64,000 nucleotides of DNA from a virus, in the IMG/VR virus record IMGVR_UViG_3300032516_000003, positions 65,341 to 129,340 of that record. The stretch is one strand, 5' to 3'. Under the pieces are notes generated by a model. That model did no database searches. It saw only the letters and a list, made by a program, of their open reading frames with translations, and was not told the origin of the DNA. Shown here in pieces: positions 1-10,900 of the stretch. Both the position numbers and the translations under genes were made by a program. Within the stretch, counting starts at the first letter, position 1; every line of letters begins with the position of its first letter.

Positions 1-2
1 TG

Positions 3-455
3 ATGCCACACCGATCGTATGGCGTTACCGGTCAGCTGAGGGACATGGGCATGCCGGCGGATCTCGTACCACGCGGGCAGTCGCGGATGGCCACCGAGTC
101 CCTGATGCGCGGCCACGAGATGGATGAGCTGGCGCTGGGAGCCAGGAAATCCCACCTCGCCTACGCCGCAAAGGCCACGCACATGAGCCCTGACGTCATC
201 CTCCGGGAGCGCAATCGCCTGGTGACCATGCCGGAGAAGATGCGCTCGGATGTGGCTGGCGTCATGGAACCGCTGCGGGGCTACGAGTCGCCGGTGCTGG
301 AGCAGGCTACTCGTGGCGTCTCCGGCAAGGGACTGGACTACGCCACTGGTCCACGGCTGAGTCGGCATGCACGCCACCGCGTCAGCCAAAAGATGGAAGA
401 GATCACGCTGCGGCCAGAGACGCCGGGCCCTCTGGATGCTCTGCGTGGTGGGTAG
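3..455 (+). CDS. hypothetical protein, 5' end outside window
   Basis: Open frame running in from the window edge, same strand as downstream genes. No recognisable motifs. Confidence 0.4.
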   Translation: MPHRSYGVTGQLRDMGMPADLVPRGQSRMATESLMRGHEMDELALGARKSHLAYAAKATHMSPDVILRERNRLVTMPEKMRSDVAGVMEPLRGYESPVLEQATRGVSGKGLDYATGPRLSRHARHRVSQKMEEITLRPETPGPLDALRGG

Positions 456-464
456 GAGTCTACG

Positions 465-941
465 ATGCCACAGTGGATTCACGACCGTGCCGATCGCATC
501 AGGGCCGAGAACCCCACGATGCCGGAGAGCGAGTCCTTCGCCATCTCCACGCAGCAAGCACACAAGCTCGGCAAGACGCCCAAGGGATACGGCACTGCCA
601 AGGGAAAGCGCGAAGCCATGAAGAAGTACGACGAGCCCAAGAGTGAGTACCAGAAGACTGCCATGCTCATCGGCCTCTTCGATGAGCTCGACAAGATCGC
701 CAAGGTGAATCCGGCGGCGATGCGCGAGCTGGCCGAGCAGGCAGCCAAGCGGGCGGCTCAGCATCGAAAGAAGGGCAAGGAGAAGGGTAGCCAGGGCATG
801 GGCATGGATGCTGGTGGGGCTGCTGGTGGTGGTCCTGCAGCGGCCGCGGCCAGTGCACCTCCTCCACCGCCGCCACCTCCGCCGGCGGGAGGGGGCATGG
901 GCGCCGGTGGAGGGGCGGGTGGTCCAGGAGGCATGATGTGA
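465..941 (+). CDS. hypothetical protein with Pro9 / Gly-rich low-complexity C-terminal tail
   Basis: ATG preceded by GGTAGGAG. 158 aa ending in ...SAPPPPPPPPPAGGGMGAGGGAGGPGGMM. Confidence 0.55.
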   Translation: MPQWIHDRADRIRAENPTMPESESFAISTQQAHKLGKTPKGYGTAKGKREAMKKYDEPKSEYQKTAMLIGLFDELDKIAKVNPAAMRELAEQAAKRAAQHRKKGKEKGSQGMGMDAGGAAGGGPAAAAASAPPPPPPPPPAGGGMGAGGGAGGPGGMM

Positions 942-1168
942 ACCAGATCATGATGAAGGGTTTTCTGGACGAGCTCGGGAAGTTGAAGCTGGCAGGCAAG
1001 CTCCCGGAGGGGATCATTGAGAGTCTCCTCCGCCAGCCAGGCCGGTGGATCAACGCCAAGTACCAGGTGGATCGTGGCCGTGGTCTACAGCACGGCTTCA
1101 ACGAGGCAATCGAGCAGGGCTACCCAGCCGGGTGGGTCAGTTTGGGTATGCGTCCTCGTGTGGGCTGA
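938..1168 (+). CDS. small hypothetical protein (GTG start overlapping upstream stop, GTGA)
   Basis: 76-aa ORF, translationally coupled at both ends. Its stop overlaps the ligase start as ATGA. Confidence 0.4.
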   Translation: MNQIMMKGFLDELGKLKLAGKLPEGIIESLLRQPGRWINAKYQVDRGRGLQHGFNEAIEQGYPAGWVSLGMRPRVG

Positions 1169-3219
1169 TGCTACTGTTGCGCAAACTCGCCGCCGAGGTG
1201 TTGATCACCCCCGAGGAACATGCCCCAGGCATTCCAGCCTCGCGGGAAATCCACGCCGTCCCTACGGTAAAGTCACCACAGACCTGGGAGTTCGCCGCGC
1301 AGCGTCACGAAGCTGTGAAAGCGGGAACTCACCTCGACTTGAGGCTTGTAGACCCCTCTGGGAAGGCTCACAGCTGGGCGCTTCCCAAGGCCCGGCTCCC
1401 AGAGCCCGGAGAGCGGGTCCTGGCCGTCCCCCAGCCCACGCACACGCGCTCCTACGCGGCCCTCCGGGGCACGTTCGACATCGAGGAGGGGTACGGGAAG
1501 GGTCGCGTCACCTCGACCGGCCTAGAGCCTATAGAAGTGGTTCAAGCTCGTCCGGGGGTCATTCGGTTCAACCGCTACACCGGCACCAAGTCTGGTACGC
1601 AGGAATACATTCTCTCCCAGACTCCTGGTGGCCACCTGCTCCAGAATGTCACGGCCACCGCCGCCCACGGCATCCCGGGCACTGTAGGCGGGCCCATCCC
1701 GCAGTCCAAGCCGGCCTACCGCGAGGTCAAGGAGCCCGAGAAGCTCCAGTTCGAAGACTCCAGGACTGTCCACCAGACCAAGCTAGATGGGTCACATGTG
1801 ACCTATCATCTCTACGCCGGCCGACCGGTCAAGGTCTTCTCCTACCGGCCCACTGAACGGGCCAGCGGAGTGATCGAGCACACGCACAAGGTCCCTGGCT
1901 GGTTTGATCTGGTACCCCCAAAGGAGCTGCACAACACGGTGGTCCGGGGCGAGCTCTTCGGCATGCGCGGTGACAAGGCCATCCCCAACGCGGAGCTTGG
2001 TGGGCTGCTCAACGCCACCACCTGGAACAGCCGGAAGCAGCAGGAGGAGACTGGCGCTCAGCTTCGCCGTGCGATCTTCGACGTGGTCAAGTTCCGCGGC
2101 AAGAACATGGAGCAGGCGCCCTACGCGGAGAAGCTCGAAGTCCTCAAGCAGATCCAGGAGCGTCTCCCAGCCCTTCAGATCCCACCGACTGCAGCTACGA
2201 CTGCAGCCAAGCGCAAGCTCTTCGCGAAGATCGAAGCCGGCAAGCATCCGCTCACGGATGAAGGCGTGGTGGAGTGGCACCTCGATCGGCCACTGCCCAC
2301 CAAGTTCAAGTTCCGCCCCGACCACGATGCCGAGGTAGTAGGAGTCACCCCCGGCGCGGGCAAGTTCAAGGACGCCATTGGTGCCCTGCAGGTCAAGCTT
2401 CCCGGCAAGGATACGGTGACGCACGTAGGCACTGGCCTGAGCGAGGAACTCCGCCGGCAGATCGCCCAGAGCCCACAAGACTACATCGGCCGCGTGGCGA
2501 AAGTCAGGTCGCAGCAGGTCTTCCCCAGCGGTAAGATGCGAGCACCATCCTTCGCTGGGTGGCACCTGGAGAAGGGCAGGCCACTAGAGAAAAGCGCCGC
2601 AGTGACCACGCTCCTGCAACCTCATCAAGAACGTGTGGTCCGCCGCATGCGGCAGCCTGATCAACAAAGGGAAGCGCCCGGCAACGGCCATCCGCTCGCT
2701 CAGTTCCGTAGTATTCTAGCCAAGCAAGCTTCGGTCTACCACTTCACCTCACCGGAGACTCATGCGAAGATCAAGGCCCATGGTGCGATTCGTCCTGTAG
2801 ATGAACTTGATCCCGGACAGGTAAAGCGCTATCAAGGAAGGGACGAATCTACTGAGTCCATCCTCCGCAGAGTCAGGATACTCAAGCCAGAGGAGAAGTA
2901 CCGCAACTACGGTGTGTACACGACGCCGCTGGAACCAGGGTCGATAGATCTGAAGGCCTTCCGTGGCCCACACTTCAAGATCCCAGACGAGAATATCCCT
3001 AAGGATAGCCTCCTGATCTACCAGCACCCAGACACAGGAAGACGCATCAGAACGGAATACACCCCAGAAGCAGCTGAAAAAGCAAAGGCGGCCTGGACTC
3101 AGGACAAGATTGACAAGTGGCTAGAGATCTGTGAGGCACGCAAGGCTAGGGGTCTGAAAGGATTCCCCTTCTCCAAGCTGCCACAAGTCGTCAGCTTCGC
3201 TCCAGTGCCGGTGAGGTGA
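1168..3219 (+). CDS. LigD-type 3'-phosphoesterase domain fused to ATP-dependent DNA ligase, plus an unknown ~200-aa C-terminal domain
   Basis: N-terminal HLDLRLVD...SWALPKARLPEPGERVLAVPQPTHTRSY matches LigD PE-domain signatures (HxDLRLE, SWAVPKGPS, RLAV..EDHP). Ligase motif I is TKLDGSHV (KxDG adenylation lysine). Motif IV is EGVVEW. OB-domain motif VI is GKMRAPSFAGWHLEKG. The start was chosen at ATG 1168 (MLLLRK), which overlaps the upstream stop as ATGA. The C-terminal ~2590-3219 is visibly lower in GC. Confidence 0.7.
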   Translation: MLLLRKLAAEVLITPEEHAPGIPASREIHAVPTVKSPQTWEFAAQRHEAVKAGTHLDLRLVDPSGKAHSWALPKARLPEPGERVLAVPQPTHTRSYAALRGTFDIEEGYGKGRVTSTGLEPIEVVQARPGVIRFNRYTGTKSGTQEYILSQTPGGHLLQNVTATAAHGIPGTVGGPIPQSKPAYREVKEPEKLQFEDSRTVHQTKLDGSHVTYHLYAGRPVKVFSYRPTERASGVIEHTHKVPGWFDLVPPKELHNTVVRGELFGMRGDKAIPNAELGGLLNATTWNSRKQQEETGAQLRRAIFDVVKFRGKNMEQAPYAEKLEVLKQIQERLPALQIPPTAATTAAKRKLFAKIEAGKHPLTDEGVVEWHLDRPLPTKFKFRPDHDAEVVGVTPGAGKFKDAIGALQVKLPGKDTVTHVGTGLSEELRRQIAQSPQDYIGRVAKVRSQQVFPSGKMRAPSFAGWHLEKGRPLEKSAAVTTLLQPHQERVVRRMRQPDQQREAPGNGHPLAQFRSILAKQASVYHFTSPETHAKIKAHGAIRPVDELDPGQVKRYQGRDESTESILRRVRILKPEEKYRNYGVYTTPLEPGSIDLKAFRGPHFKIPDENIPKDSLLIYQHPDTGRRIRTEYTPEAAEKAKAAWTQDKIDKWLEICEARKARGLKGFPFSKLPQVVSFAPVPVR

Positions 3220-3222
3220 TCA

Positions 3223-4176
3223 ATGGCCGTCGAGACTGTCCGGGTCTACTCCGTCGATCAGAACGATGACGCTCTGCCTGGAGTGCTGGTCCGGGTCTTC
3301 GATGCGACGGGGACAACCTTCATCACGCAAGGCTATACGGCCACCGTGGGGGCCGAGGCCTATGTCGAATTCAGCCTGAACGGCAGCGACCCACCCGTGA
3401 GCTACACCATCCGCTTGGCCAAGACCGGAGTGGCCTTTGATGGCAGCCTCGGGGATGACAGCAAGACTCCGCAGCTCATTGCCATCTACAGTCCGCCAGG
3501 GACCCATCCCAACGGCTTCTCGGTCCAGGGCGAGACGTTTCCACTTCCATCAGCGACCGATCCGCGGCTATGTCGGGCTAGCGGGTGGTTCCGTGACGGC
3601 CAAGGTGCTCCCCTGGCCGGGCTGTACATCTCGATGATCAACCAGTTCAAGCCCGCCATCGTGGATGGGCGGGGCATCCTGGGTGGCAAGATCGACATCA
3701 AGACGGACGAGGACGGCTACGTCTCCATCGATCTCTTCCGCAGCGGCATCTACCGCGCCATGGTGGAGAGCATCCAGGCAGCCGAGGCCAGCCCCGAGGG
3801 CGCCATCGCCTTCTCCCGCGACATCCGGGTGCCTGACCGGCCCTACGTGAATCTGGTCGACCTGCTCTTCCCGGTGGTGATGGAGATCACGTGGGATCCA
3901 GCCACGCTTGCGGTGGCCGTAGGCGCGACGCTGGACGTGGTGCCGGAGATCACGTGTTCGGATGGCCGCGTGTTGACCGGTGCGGCAGTCGAGGACGTGC
4001 TCTACGCCACCGAGGACACCGACATCGCCAATGTGGGCGCCTGCGAAGACAAGATCGTGATTCTTGGCGTGGGACCAGGTACGACTCACCTGGTGGCCAC
4101 GCGCAAGGATCAGACCGTGGTGACGGTTCCCGTGACCGACATCATCGGTTCGCCGGTAGACATTGTGGTCACCTAG
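3223..4176 (+). CDS. virion structural protein with C-terminal Big_2-like Ig domain
   Basis: The N-terminus (VRVFDATGTTFITQGYTATVGAEAYVEF) resembles a carboxypeptidase-regulatory-like beta sandwich. The C-terminus (ITCSDGRVLTGAAVEDVLYATEDTDIANV...GPGTTHLVAT) is typical of bacterial Ig-like domain 2. Confidence 0.55.
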   Translation: MAVETVRVYSVDQNDDALPGVLVRVFDATGTTFITQGYTATVGAEAYVEFSLNGSDPPVSYTIRLAKTGVAFDGSLGDDSKTPQLIAIYSPPGTHPNGFSVQGETFPLPSATDPRLCRASGWFRDGQGAPLAGLYISMINQFKPAIVDGRGILGGKIDIKTDEDGYVSIDLFRSGIYRAMVESIQAAEASPEGAIAFSRDIRVPDRPYVNLVDLLFPVVMEITWDPATLAVAVGATLDVVPEITCSDGRVLTGAAVEDVLYATEDTDIANVGACEDKIVILGVGPGTTHLVATRKDQTVVTVPVTDIIGSPVDIVVT

Positions 4177-4178
4177 TC

Positions 4179-4586
4179 ATGCTCGTCGTGTCGCCCACCT
4201 GGCCAGCCCTGGAAGGGGAGAAGCTACTTCTTGCCTCGATCATCAGACGGGCGGCCTATGACATCGCCGAGTATCGCGGTTCAACGCGACTAGAGCACCA
4301 GAAGATCTGGCGCGATGCCTACGACTGGATGTTCCGCGAGCGAGAGAAGTACGAAGATCCGGACGACGAACTCATGTCGTTCCGCAGCATCTGCGAGATC
4401 TTGCGGACCAGCCCCAACTTCATCCGGGCTGTCACTAGGCTGATGTCGAAGAAGGACGTCAAGCGGGTTCAAATAGTGGAGCGCAACATAGTACCTCAGT
4501 TTGAGGAGATCATAGAGAAAGCCTCAGACGAGGAAGACCTCGATCGTCGAGTGGAGGAGTTCTGTGAGCGGATACAGCGACGATGA
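4179..4586 (+). CDS. hypothetical protein
   Basis: ATG 4179, 2 nt after the upstream stop. 135 aa, charged. No motifs recognised. Confidence 0.45.
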   Translation: MLVVSPTWPALEGEKLLLASIIRRAAYDIAEYRGSTRLEHQKIWRDAYDWMFREREKYEDPDDELMSFRSICEILRTSPNFIRAVTRLMSKKDVKRVQIVERNIVPQFEEIIEKASDEEDLDRRVEEFCERIQRR

Positions 4587-6966
4587 AATCCTGGAAGTCG
4601 CCGCCAAGTTCGTTCGCAGTGACGTCCAGGTCCAACGCGATCAGCTTGGTCCCATCGACATCGACAACAAGTTCGACGAGATGCGACAACTCGTCTCGTC
4701 GACGTTGATCTTCGAGCCGAACTCGATCTTCTACCTCATCTACCTGGCGACCAACCAGCTCAACCAGACGGTAGACACCATGGTGGGGTGGGTGGACGAC
4801 CTGCTCCAGGCGGTACAGGAGGTCAGCCATCTGACCAAAGAGGTGGAGAAGACCTCCCTGCTTGGAGATGCAGCTACGGCCCTATTGACCGTGGACTCAA
4901 TCCTCACCAACAACCAAGCCATCAGTTCCAGCGCCTTCACTCGCTACCAGAATGCCGTCGACCAATTCATCGCGGCCTCGGTGGCGCCCAACATCAAGGA
5001 TGCGGGGGAGATCGTCCGTCCGCCGCAGTTGGCTCGTTCGGCGGCCATCACCGATCTGAGCGACCTGTCAGCTCGCTACAGCGAGCTGCTGGTCACGCTG
5101 GCAGATGTGCGTGCGATGATGGACCAATTCCTGGGGCTCAACCTGCCGGTGATCGCCGCCCAGCTTTCGGTCCGGTCCACCCGTCTTGACGTCAAGGATC
5201 TGCAGAAGTACTTCGAGAGCAGCGCTTCCCGCGATGACAAGATTGCCAAGTGCCGAGAGGCCTTCCTCCGCCTCACCACCGGCAAGTCGGTGCTGCAGCA
5301 GTACACCTCGGTGGTTGACCCAACCCAACCACGACTACCAGTCTCAGCCAGTCGCCTGGGCCGGGCGTCGGTGCTAGATCTGGTGCCCGCCTCGGTGGCT
5401 ACTGGTCGCTCAGCCCCCTGGGAAGTGGCTGCAGGCAGCACACTGATCTTGGCCGCCGATGGCCTGGCACCAGTCACACTGGTCCTCAGCCCGATCCAGG
5501 CGACCCTGCTTGGCTATCAGACTGAGTTGTTCACCATCGCGGGCGAGACCTTGGAGCTTGATGGCCTGACACCCGCTATCGCCCTGACAGCAGGTTCACG
5601 TACAGCGGCGCAGATCGCGAGTGACGTCAATGCCTGGGCAGCCGCCAACTACCCGGGGCAGTACAGCAGTGCTGCCATAGGTGGCAAGGTATCTCTCACC
5701 AAGACAGTGGTCGGGGCTCAGCGTCTTACGATCAGTGGGGGCACAGCGCTCGACATCCTGGGATTCTACTTGGGGCAGTACGATACCGGCTCGGCAATGA
5801 GCCCGGCCGAGTTGGCAGCGGCGATCAACGAGGACGGATCTGCCAGGGCCGAGACTACCCTGACCAAGTCCGAGTCTGGCTTGGAGGGAGAGAACGACAC
5901 CACCTCCAGGCTGCGGGTGCCTCTCAACACGGTCGCCGATCTCAATCACGCCAACGACCAACTGCTGATCACCACCGGTCCCAATGCCGGCTACCATCGG
6001 ATCAGCAGCATCGTGCGTGCCAGTCCCTACGACCTCATCAACGTCTCCGTGCCATTTTCACTCCTGGTCGGCTCACAGGCCTGGTCCATCGTCCGCGAGG
6101 GGGTGGTGATTGCCTCCAAGGCGACAGACCTGACCACGCAGATCAGCATCGGTGCGGGCACGGCCAACAGTGCTCTCGGCCTCACTGCCGCGGCCCATTA
6201 CGGTCAGTCATCCGGCTTCGTGGCCACTGAGGCGGGAAGAGACGTAGACTTTGCCGTTGCCCGGGTAGCTGCAGACGACCGCCTCTATCTGGGTAGCGCG
6301 GAGCACCTCGTGGTTGGTCTCGATACGGACACCCAATTGGAGGTCGATCCACCACTGAGCACCAGTGTGAGTGGGGCCACCTTCTCCATCCTGAGTGGGG
6401 CAGCGCTTGCTCATCAGCAGTTCGTTACGGCCCTGGACCAGTGGTACGAGCAGCAAGCAGCTTCGGTCTTTCACGAAGACACCCGCGAACTCGATCGGGT
6501 GATGAACCCGCTCATCTTCAACAAGAACCCGTCGCTGTCGCAGCGGAACGATGCCAGCAGCACCTTGACGTCGTTCCGGACGCTGTTGTCGGACTTGTCC
6601 ATCGTGCTGATCGACTTCTTCGTCCACACCTCCAGCCGCATGGACGCCTCTCTGAAGATGCTGAATGAACGCGGCATGGACCGTGCCTACGACACGCTCA
6701 TGGGCGGCCGAATCGCCGAGTTCTTCGGCATGGACAAGGACGACGCCGCCAACAGCGCCTACCTACTGAAGACGATGCGCGCGATCGCACAGCATGACTT
6801 GCCGATCTCCAAGGAAGGCGAGGCTGGGGATGATCTCATTCTGGCACAGACGGTTAGCGAAACCGACGCTGATTACGACTTCAGCGACATGGATGACGAG
6901 AGCGACAAGACCCTTGGAAACGCGTACACTACGGAAGACAACGCGAACACGAAGCAGAGGCTCTGA
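4564..6966 (+). CDS. large virion protein (800 aa), function unknown
   Basis: Long ORF in an operon with structural genes. Ala/Ser/Thr-rich. No motifs recognised. Confidence 0.6.
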   Translation: MSGYSDDEILEVAAKFVRSDVQVQRDQLGPIDIDNKFDEMRQLVSSTLIFEPNSIFYLIYLATNQLNQTVDTMVGWVDDLLQAVQEVSHLTKEVEKTSLLGDAATALLTVDSILTNNQAISSSAFTRYQNAVDQFIAASVAPNIKDAGEIVRPPQLARSAAITDLSDLSARYSELLVTLADVRAMMDQFLGLNLPVIAAQLSVRSTRLDVKDLQKYFESSASRDDKIAKCREAFLRLTTGKSVLQQYTSVVDPTQPRLPVSASRLGRASVLDLVPASVATGRSAPWEVAAGSTLILAADGLAPVTLVLSPIQATLLGYQTELFTIAGETLELDGLTPAIALTAGSRTAAQIASDVNAWAAANYPGQYSSAAIGGKVSLTKTVVGAQRLTISGGTALDILGFYLGQYDTGSAMSPAELAAAINEDGSARAETTLTKSESGLEGENDTTSRLRVPLNTVADLNHANDQLLITTGPNAGYHRISSIVRASPYDLINVSVPFSLLVGSQAWSIVREGVVIASKATDLTTQISIGAGTANSALGLTAAAHYGQSSGFVATEAGRDVDFAVARVAADDRLYLGSAEHLVVGLDTDTQLEVDPPLSTSVSGATFSILSGAALAHQQFVTALDQWYEQQAASVFHEDTRELDRVMNPLIFNKNPSLSQRNDASSTLTSFRTLLSDLSIVLIDFFVHTSSRMDASLKMLNERGMDRAYDTLMGGRIAEFFGMDKDDAANSAYLLKTMRAIAQHDLPISKEGEAGDDLILAQTVSETDADYDFSDMDDESDKTLGNAYTTEDNANTKQRL

Positions 6967-7307
6967 TGGCGCAGAATCCTCAGACTGCCCAGACACAGCT
7001 CAACCTGCAGATGCGGGAGATCTTGGGGAATGCCTACCTCTTCGTGCGCAGCCGGGAGTACACCAAGACCATCGCCAACTTGACCTACGAGGAACTGCTG
7101 GATGCGGCCATTGGCCGCATCGAGGGTACTCAGGGACGTACTGAGATCCGACCCACACTGCTAGAGCGCATCGCCAAGATCAAGAATGAGATCGTGTCGG
7201 CGGTGAAGACGGTCAAGTCCAAGCCGCCCAACGAGTGGGTGATCGCCAGCGAGGACCAGAATCTGGACGCCAACCAGTTGGCCAACCCACCACCGGAGCT
7301 GGGGTAA
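6966..7307 (+). CDS. hypothetical protein
   Basis: 113-aa ORF, start coupled to the upstream stop. Confidence 0.5.
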   Translation: MAQNPQTAQTQLNLQMREILGNAYLFVRSREYTKTIANLTYEELLDAAIGRIEGTQGRTEIRPTLLERIAKIKNEIVSAVKTVKSKPPNEWVIASEDQNLDANQLANPPPELG

Positions 7308-7961
7308 ATGGCTGACCTGCAATACTTCCAGTTCAGCGATGCACTGGAGCTCACTGGGGCCCGAGAACTGCCCGGCTTTCTGCCCCGGACATTGGAACTC
7401 CACGGACCGAGCTTCAGCACGGCAGTGGAGGTCTACATCAACGAGTCCAAGTCACCGTCCTTCGTCATCAGCAGTTCGCGGGTAATCTTGGCTCAGGTGC
7501 CGGATGCCGTAGTGGACCAGCCGGTACGCAACATCTCGATTCTCAGCTCCGAGTTCACCGCCACCATCCGCAGCCAGATTCGCTTCCGCATCGGAGTCAA
7601 TCCGGCCAAGGTCAGCGGCCTGAAGGCGATGATGCAGACCTTCCTCAAGTTGTTGTTCACGACCCCAGGCACGGATGCCTTCGTCAAACGCCTGGGAGGA
7701 GCGGCCTTGCGAAATGTCGGCCGCAACTTCGACCTGGGACAGAGCTCAGACCTGGTGGCCGACTTCTCTGTAGCCGTCTCGCGGTCCGAGAGCCAGATGC
7801 GCGCCCTGCAGGGCTACCAGCCACGGCTGCCGGACGACGAACGGCTGCTCTCGGCGAAGCTGCTGAACGTCAGATTCGACCCGGCCACGACTGCCCTGAT
7901 CGCCCGTGTGGAGCTGATCTCCCAGTCCGGCATCCGGGCCATCACCAATCTGGAGCTGTAG
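7308..7961 (+). CDS. hypothetical virion-associated protein
   Basis: 217-aa ORF tightly packed between structural genes. Confidence 0.5.
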   Translation: MADLQYFQFSDALELTGARELPGFLPRTLELHGPSFSTAVEVYINESKSPSFVISSSRVILAQVPDAVVDQPVRNISILSSEFTATIRSQIRFRIGVNPAKVSGLKAMMQTFLKLLFTTPGTDAFVKRLGGAALRNVGRNFDLGQSSDLVADFSVAVSRSESQMRALQGYQPRLPDDERLLSAKLLNVRFDPATTALIARVELISQSGIRAITNLEL

Positions 7962-10900
7962 ATGGGTACTGTCGACCTTCGTCAATACGTGCAGGATCGG
8001 CTCCTAGCCTACGACCCCACGATCGACCTGAGTGAGGGATCGCCGGCACAGGTGCAGATCGTGGACCCCATCGTTCGCCGGTTCACTCCCGATCCGTTCG
8101 AGATGAACATCGACGCGTACATCGACGCGCTGCTTACGCAGCAGTTCCCGGATTACAACTTCAGGGAAGGTAGTGGAATCCGCGACCTGCTGGTGAAGCC
8201 AGCCACGCTGTTGATGGACCCAGTCAGTCGCGAGGTGCAGCTCATCAAGCAGGGGCAGTCTCTGTCGCAGCCAGATCTCCTCGCCAGCACCGAGGCCGAT
8301 GCCCTAGTGGCCAACTTGTTCGTAAGCCGTTCCACTGGCGGGCTCTCTGCTGGTAGCGTGCGTGCCTACTTCGCGACGCCCATGCCGATCGGCATTGGAG
8401 TGGGGAACATCGGCTTCACTGGTGACGGGCTGCGTTTCATTCCGACCAGTCTTCAGAGCATCTCCGCTGAGGCAATGATCTTCAACCAGGACGGCAACCT
8501 CTACTACTTCGACATCAACTACGTGGCTGAGGCGCCCGGTACCCAGTACAACGTCGACAAAGGTGCCATCATTGGCATCACCAACCTCAACGCGGCAGTC
8601 CGGGTCACCAACCTGGAGAAGTTCGAGAACGGCCTTGATGAAGAGAGCACCGATGAACTGATTGACAAGGCCGAAACGGGCATCACCGAGCGATCACTGG
8701 TCACTGCCCGTGGGGTCTCCTCCCGCCTACGCAACCAGTTCAGCGACCTGAAACATCTCCAGATCGTGGGTTTCAATGACAGTGAGATGGAGCGGGATGT
8801 TGTCACTGGTGGTGATCTTGGTCCGGCACTACTCTCGGGCAACGATGGCTATACTGAGGACAGCGGTGATGGTTCCGGGGTGACTCGCTACTTCAAGTCG
8901 CGGTACGTGGAGTTCACTGATCTCTTCAGTACCACGGGCGCGGTGGAGAACTACTACTTGAGTTCGTCCCAGATGCACCGCGGGACGGATGCCGCAGTAG
9001 TCATCTCCGACTTCACGCACGTCTACGTGGCTTCCCTCACCTTCACGGACGAGGACGTGGGCCGCACCTTCGCGATGATCGGCACTACCGATCCAGCGAA
9101 CACCGGCTACTTCCGCATCGTGGCCATCGTCGGCCCACACGAGGTGAAGCTCGACCTGGGTTCGGCCCCGTGGGTCGGGGTGTACGAGACGGGCATGACG
9201 TGGATGTTCGAACGGCCCAACTCAGACCTGCTCATCGAGTCGGTCGTAGGCACGCATGAGCTCAAGCTGGTGGCGGGCAACGAGCTCGACATCGACACCG
9301 ACTCGCTGATCTGGTCCGTCAGGAAGAAGGAGATCACCATCTCGGACATCCCCGGAGGAATCATCTTCACCGAGGACGAGAGCATCAGTATCCAGTCGGA
9401 TGAGATTCATATCGGTGGCTGCAGTGACTTCTTCGTCCGTGGGGTGTCAGTCGATGAGGAGACCCTAGACCTGACGGCCATCTCGGGCGAGTCCTCGGTG
9501 ACCAAGGGCACCGGCCTGTCAGCCGACACCACCCTCTCGCATTTCGTGCGGCATGAGGGAAAGAACTTCGTCACTGCAGGAGTCAAGGTCGGCCACTCGC
9601 TGATCATTGAAGATGGCATCAATGCGGGAACCTACACGCTCTTGCGTGTGGGAGAGAAGCCAAGTGCAGCACCCGGCGCCGCCACCGAGTACCTGCAGGT
9701 CGATCCGCCCATCACCTCCACAGAGAGTGGGCTGCGCTACCGGGTAGTGGACACCATCGACATCGACCTGGTGGAGCCCAAGACCATTCGCGGTGAGGGG
9801 ACTGACGGGCAGGTCATTCAGCTGAGCACCGTGATGACCACCGCGGCGGCCATCGACTTCCTGGCGCTGGGGATCGAGGTCGGGGACATCCTGGAATTCC
9901 TCACGGGCGCCAACAAGGGCGAGTACACCATCAAGCAGATTGGTGGGGTTGGGAATCGTGATCTGACACTGGACCGCCAGTTCATGACCACCGAGACGAA
10001 CGTCTCTTGGAAGGTGTACAGCCGCCACACCGGGCTGGACCTGCCGCTGGTGCGCGTCAGCTCGATCGAGATGCTGGACAGCTCCAGTCAGCCGACTGGG
10101 GATGGCATCCCGCTCGCCGATCCAGTCGACGCGCGTTCCACCTCGTTCTCCAACGCTGGCCGTGGCGTCAAGGTCAGCACCCGCGATGCGCGCACCGGCA
10201 TCATCGGCACAGTGGACCTGACGGCTGGCGGAGTCTTCCCTCTGGGCACCTGTGTCCTGCAGGTGAGCCTCAATGGTGCTGCGGCTGTCCCTATCACCTT
10301 GACCGGGGCGGCGTCGATCAGTGAGTTGCTGAATCTCATCAATGTGGCGTGTCCCAACATCGCCGGCACGATCACCTACGACAGCAAGACCTACCTGACA
10401 CTCCGCTCCAGCGATCGCTGGATCCAGGTACAGGCCGGCGCCGACAACGCTGAGGTGGGCCTGGACGTGTTGGGGGAAGACAACCGACAGATTAAGAGCG
10501 CCGGAGTCATCACTGACTGGACCAGTGCCGCGTACGACCTCAAGGCGATCGAAGACGTCGTGTCGATCACTACTGGAGACAACATCGGCTTCCTCTACTT
10601 GGTGGCCATGGCGTCATCGCCCAATCGTCTCCTCGCGGTGCTCTTCGATGAGGAGACTGGCAGGGTCCGGTTCCTGCAGCCCAACGTCGGGGTTTCGATG
10701 AGCGTGGGCAGCCGTTCCTACGGCAAGGCCCGTGTGTACTTCCTGGAACCGGTCTCCTTCCAGGTCAAGGGTGGCTGGCGGCCGTCACTGAAGAACTCCA
10801 CCGACTACCCGGCCAATCAGGCCATCGGCGCCTCGATCCCGCGTGACGAAGAGGCGGTAGCCTTCTTCACGGCCGTGGTGAATGGGGCGACGCTGCGCTT

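Noticed and set aside
1017-1856. 279-aa ORF overlapping the ligase in another frame
   Set aside because: The ligase frame carries the LigD-PE and KxDG motifs. The alternate frame is Arg/Pro/Ser-rich, typical of an off-frame GC-rich translation.
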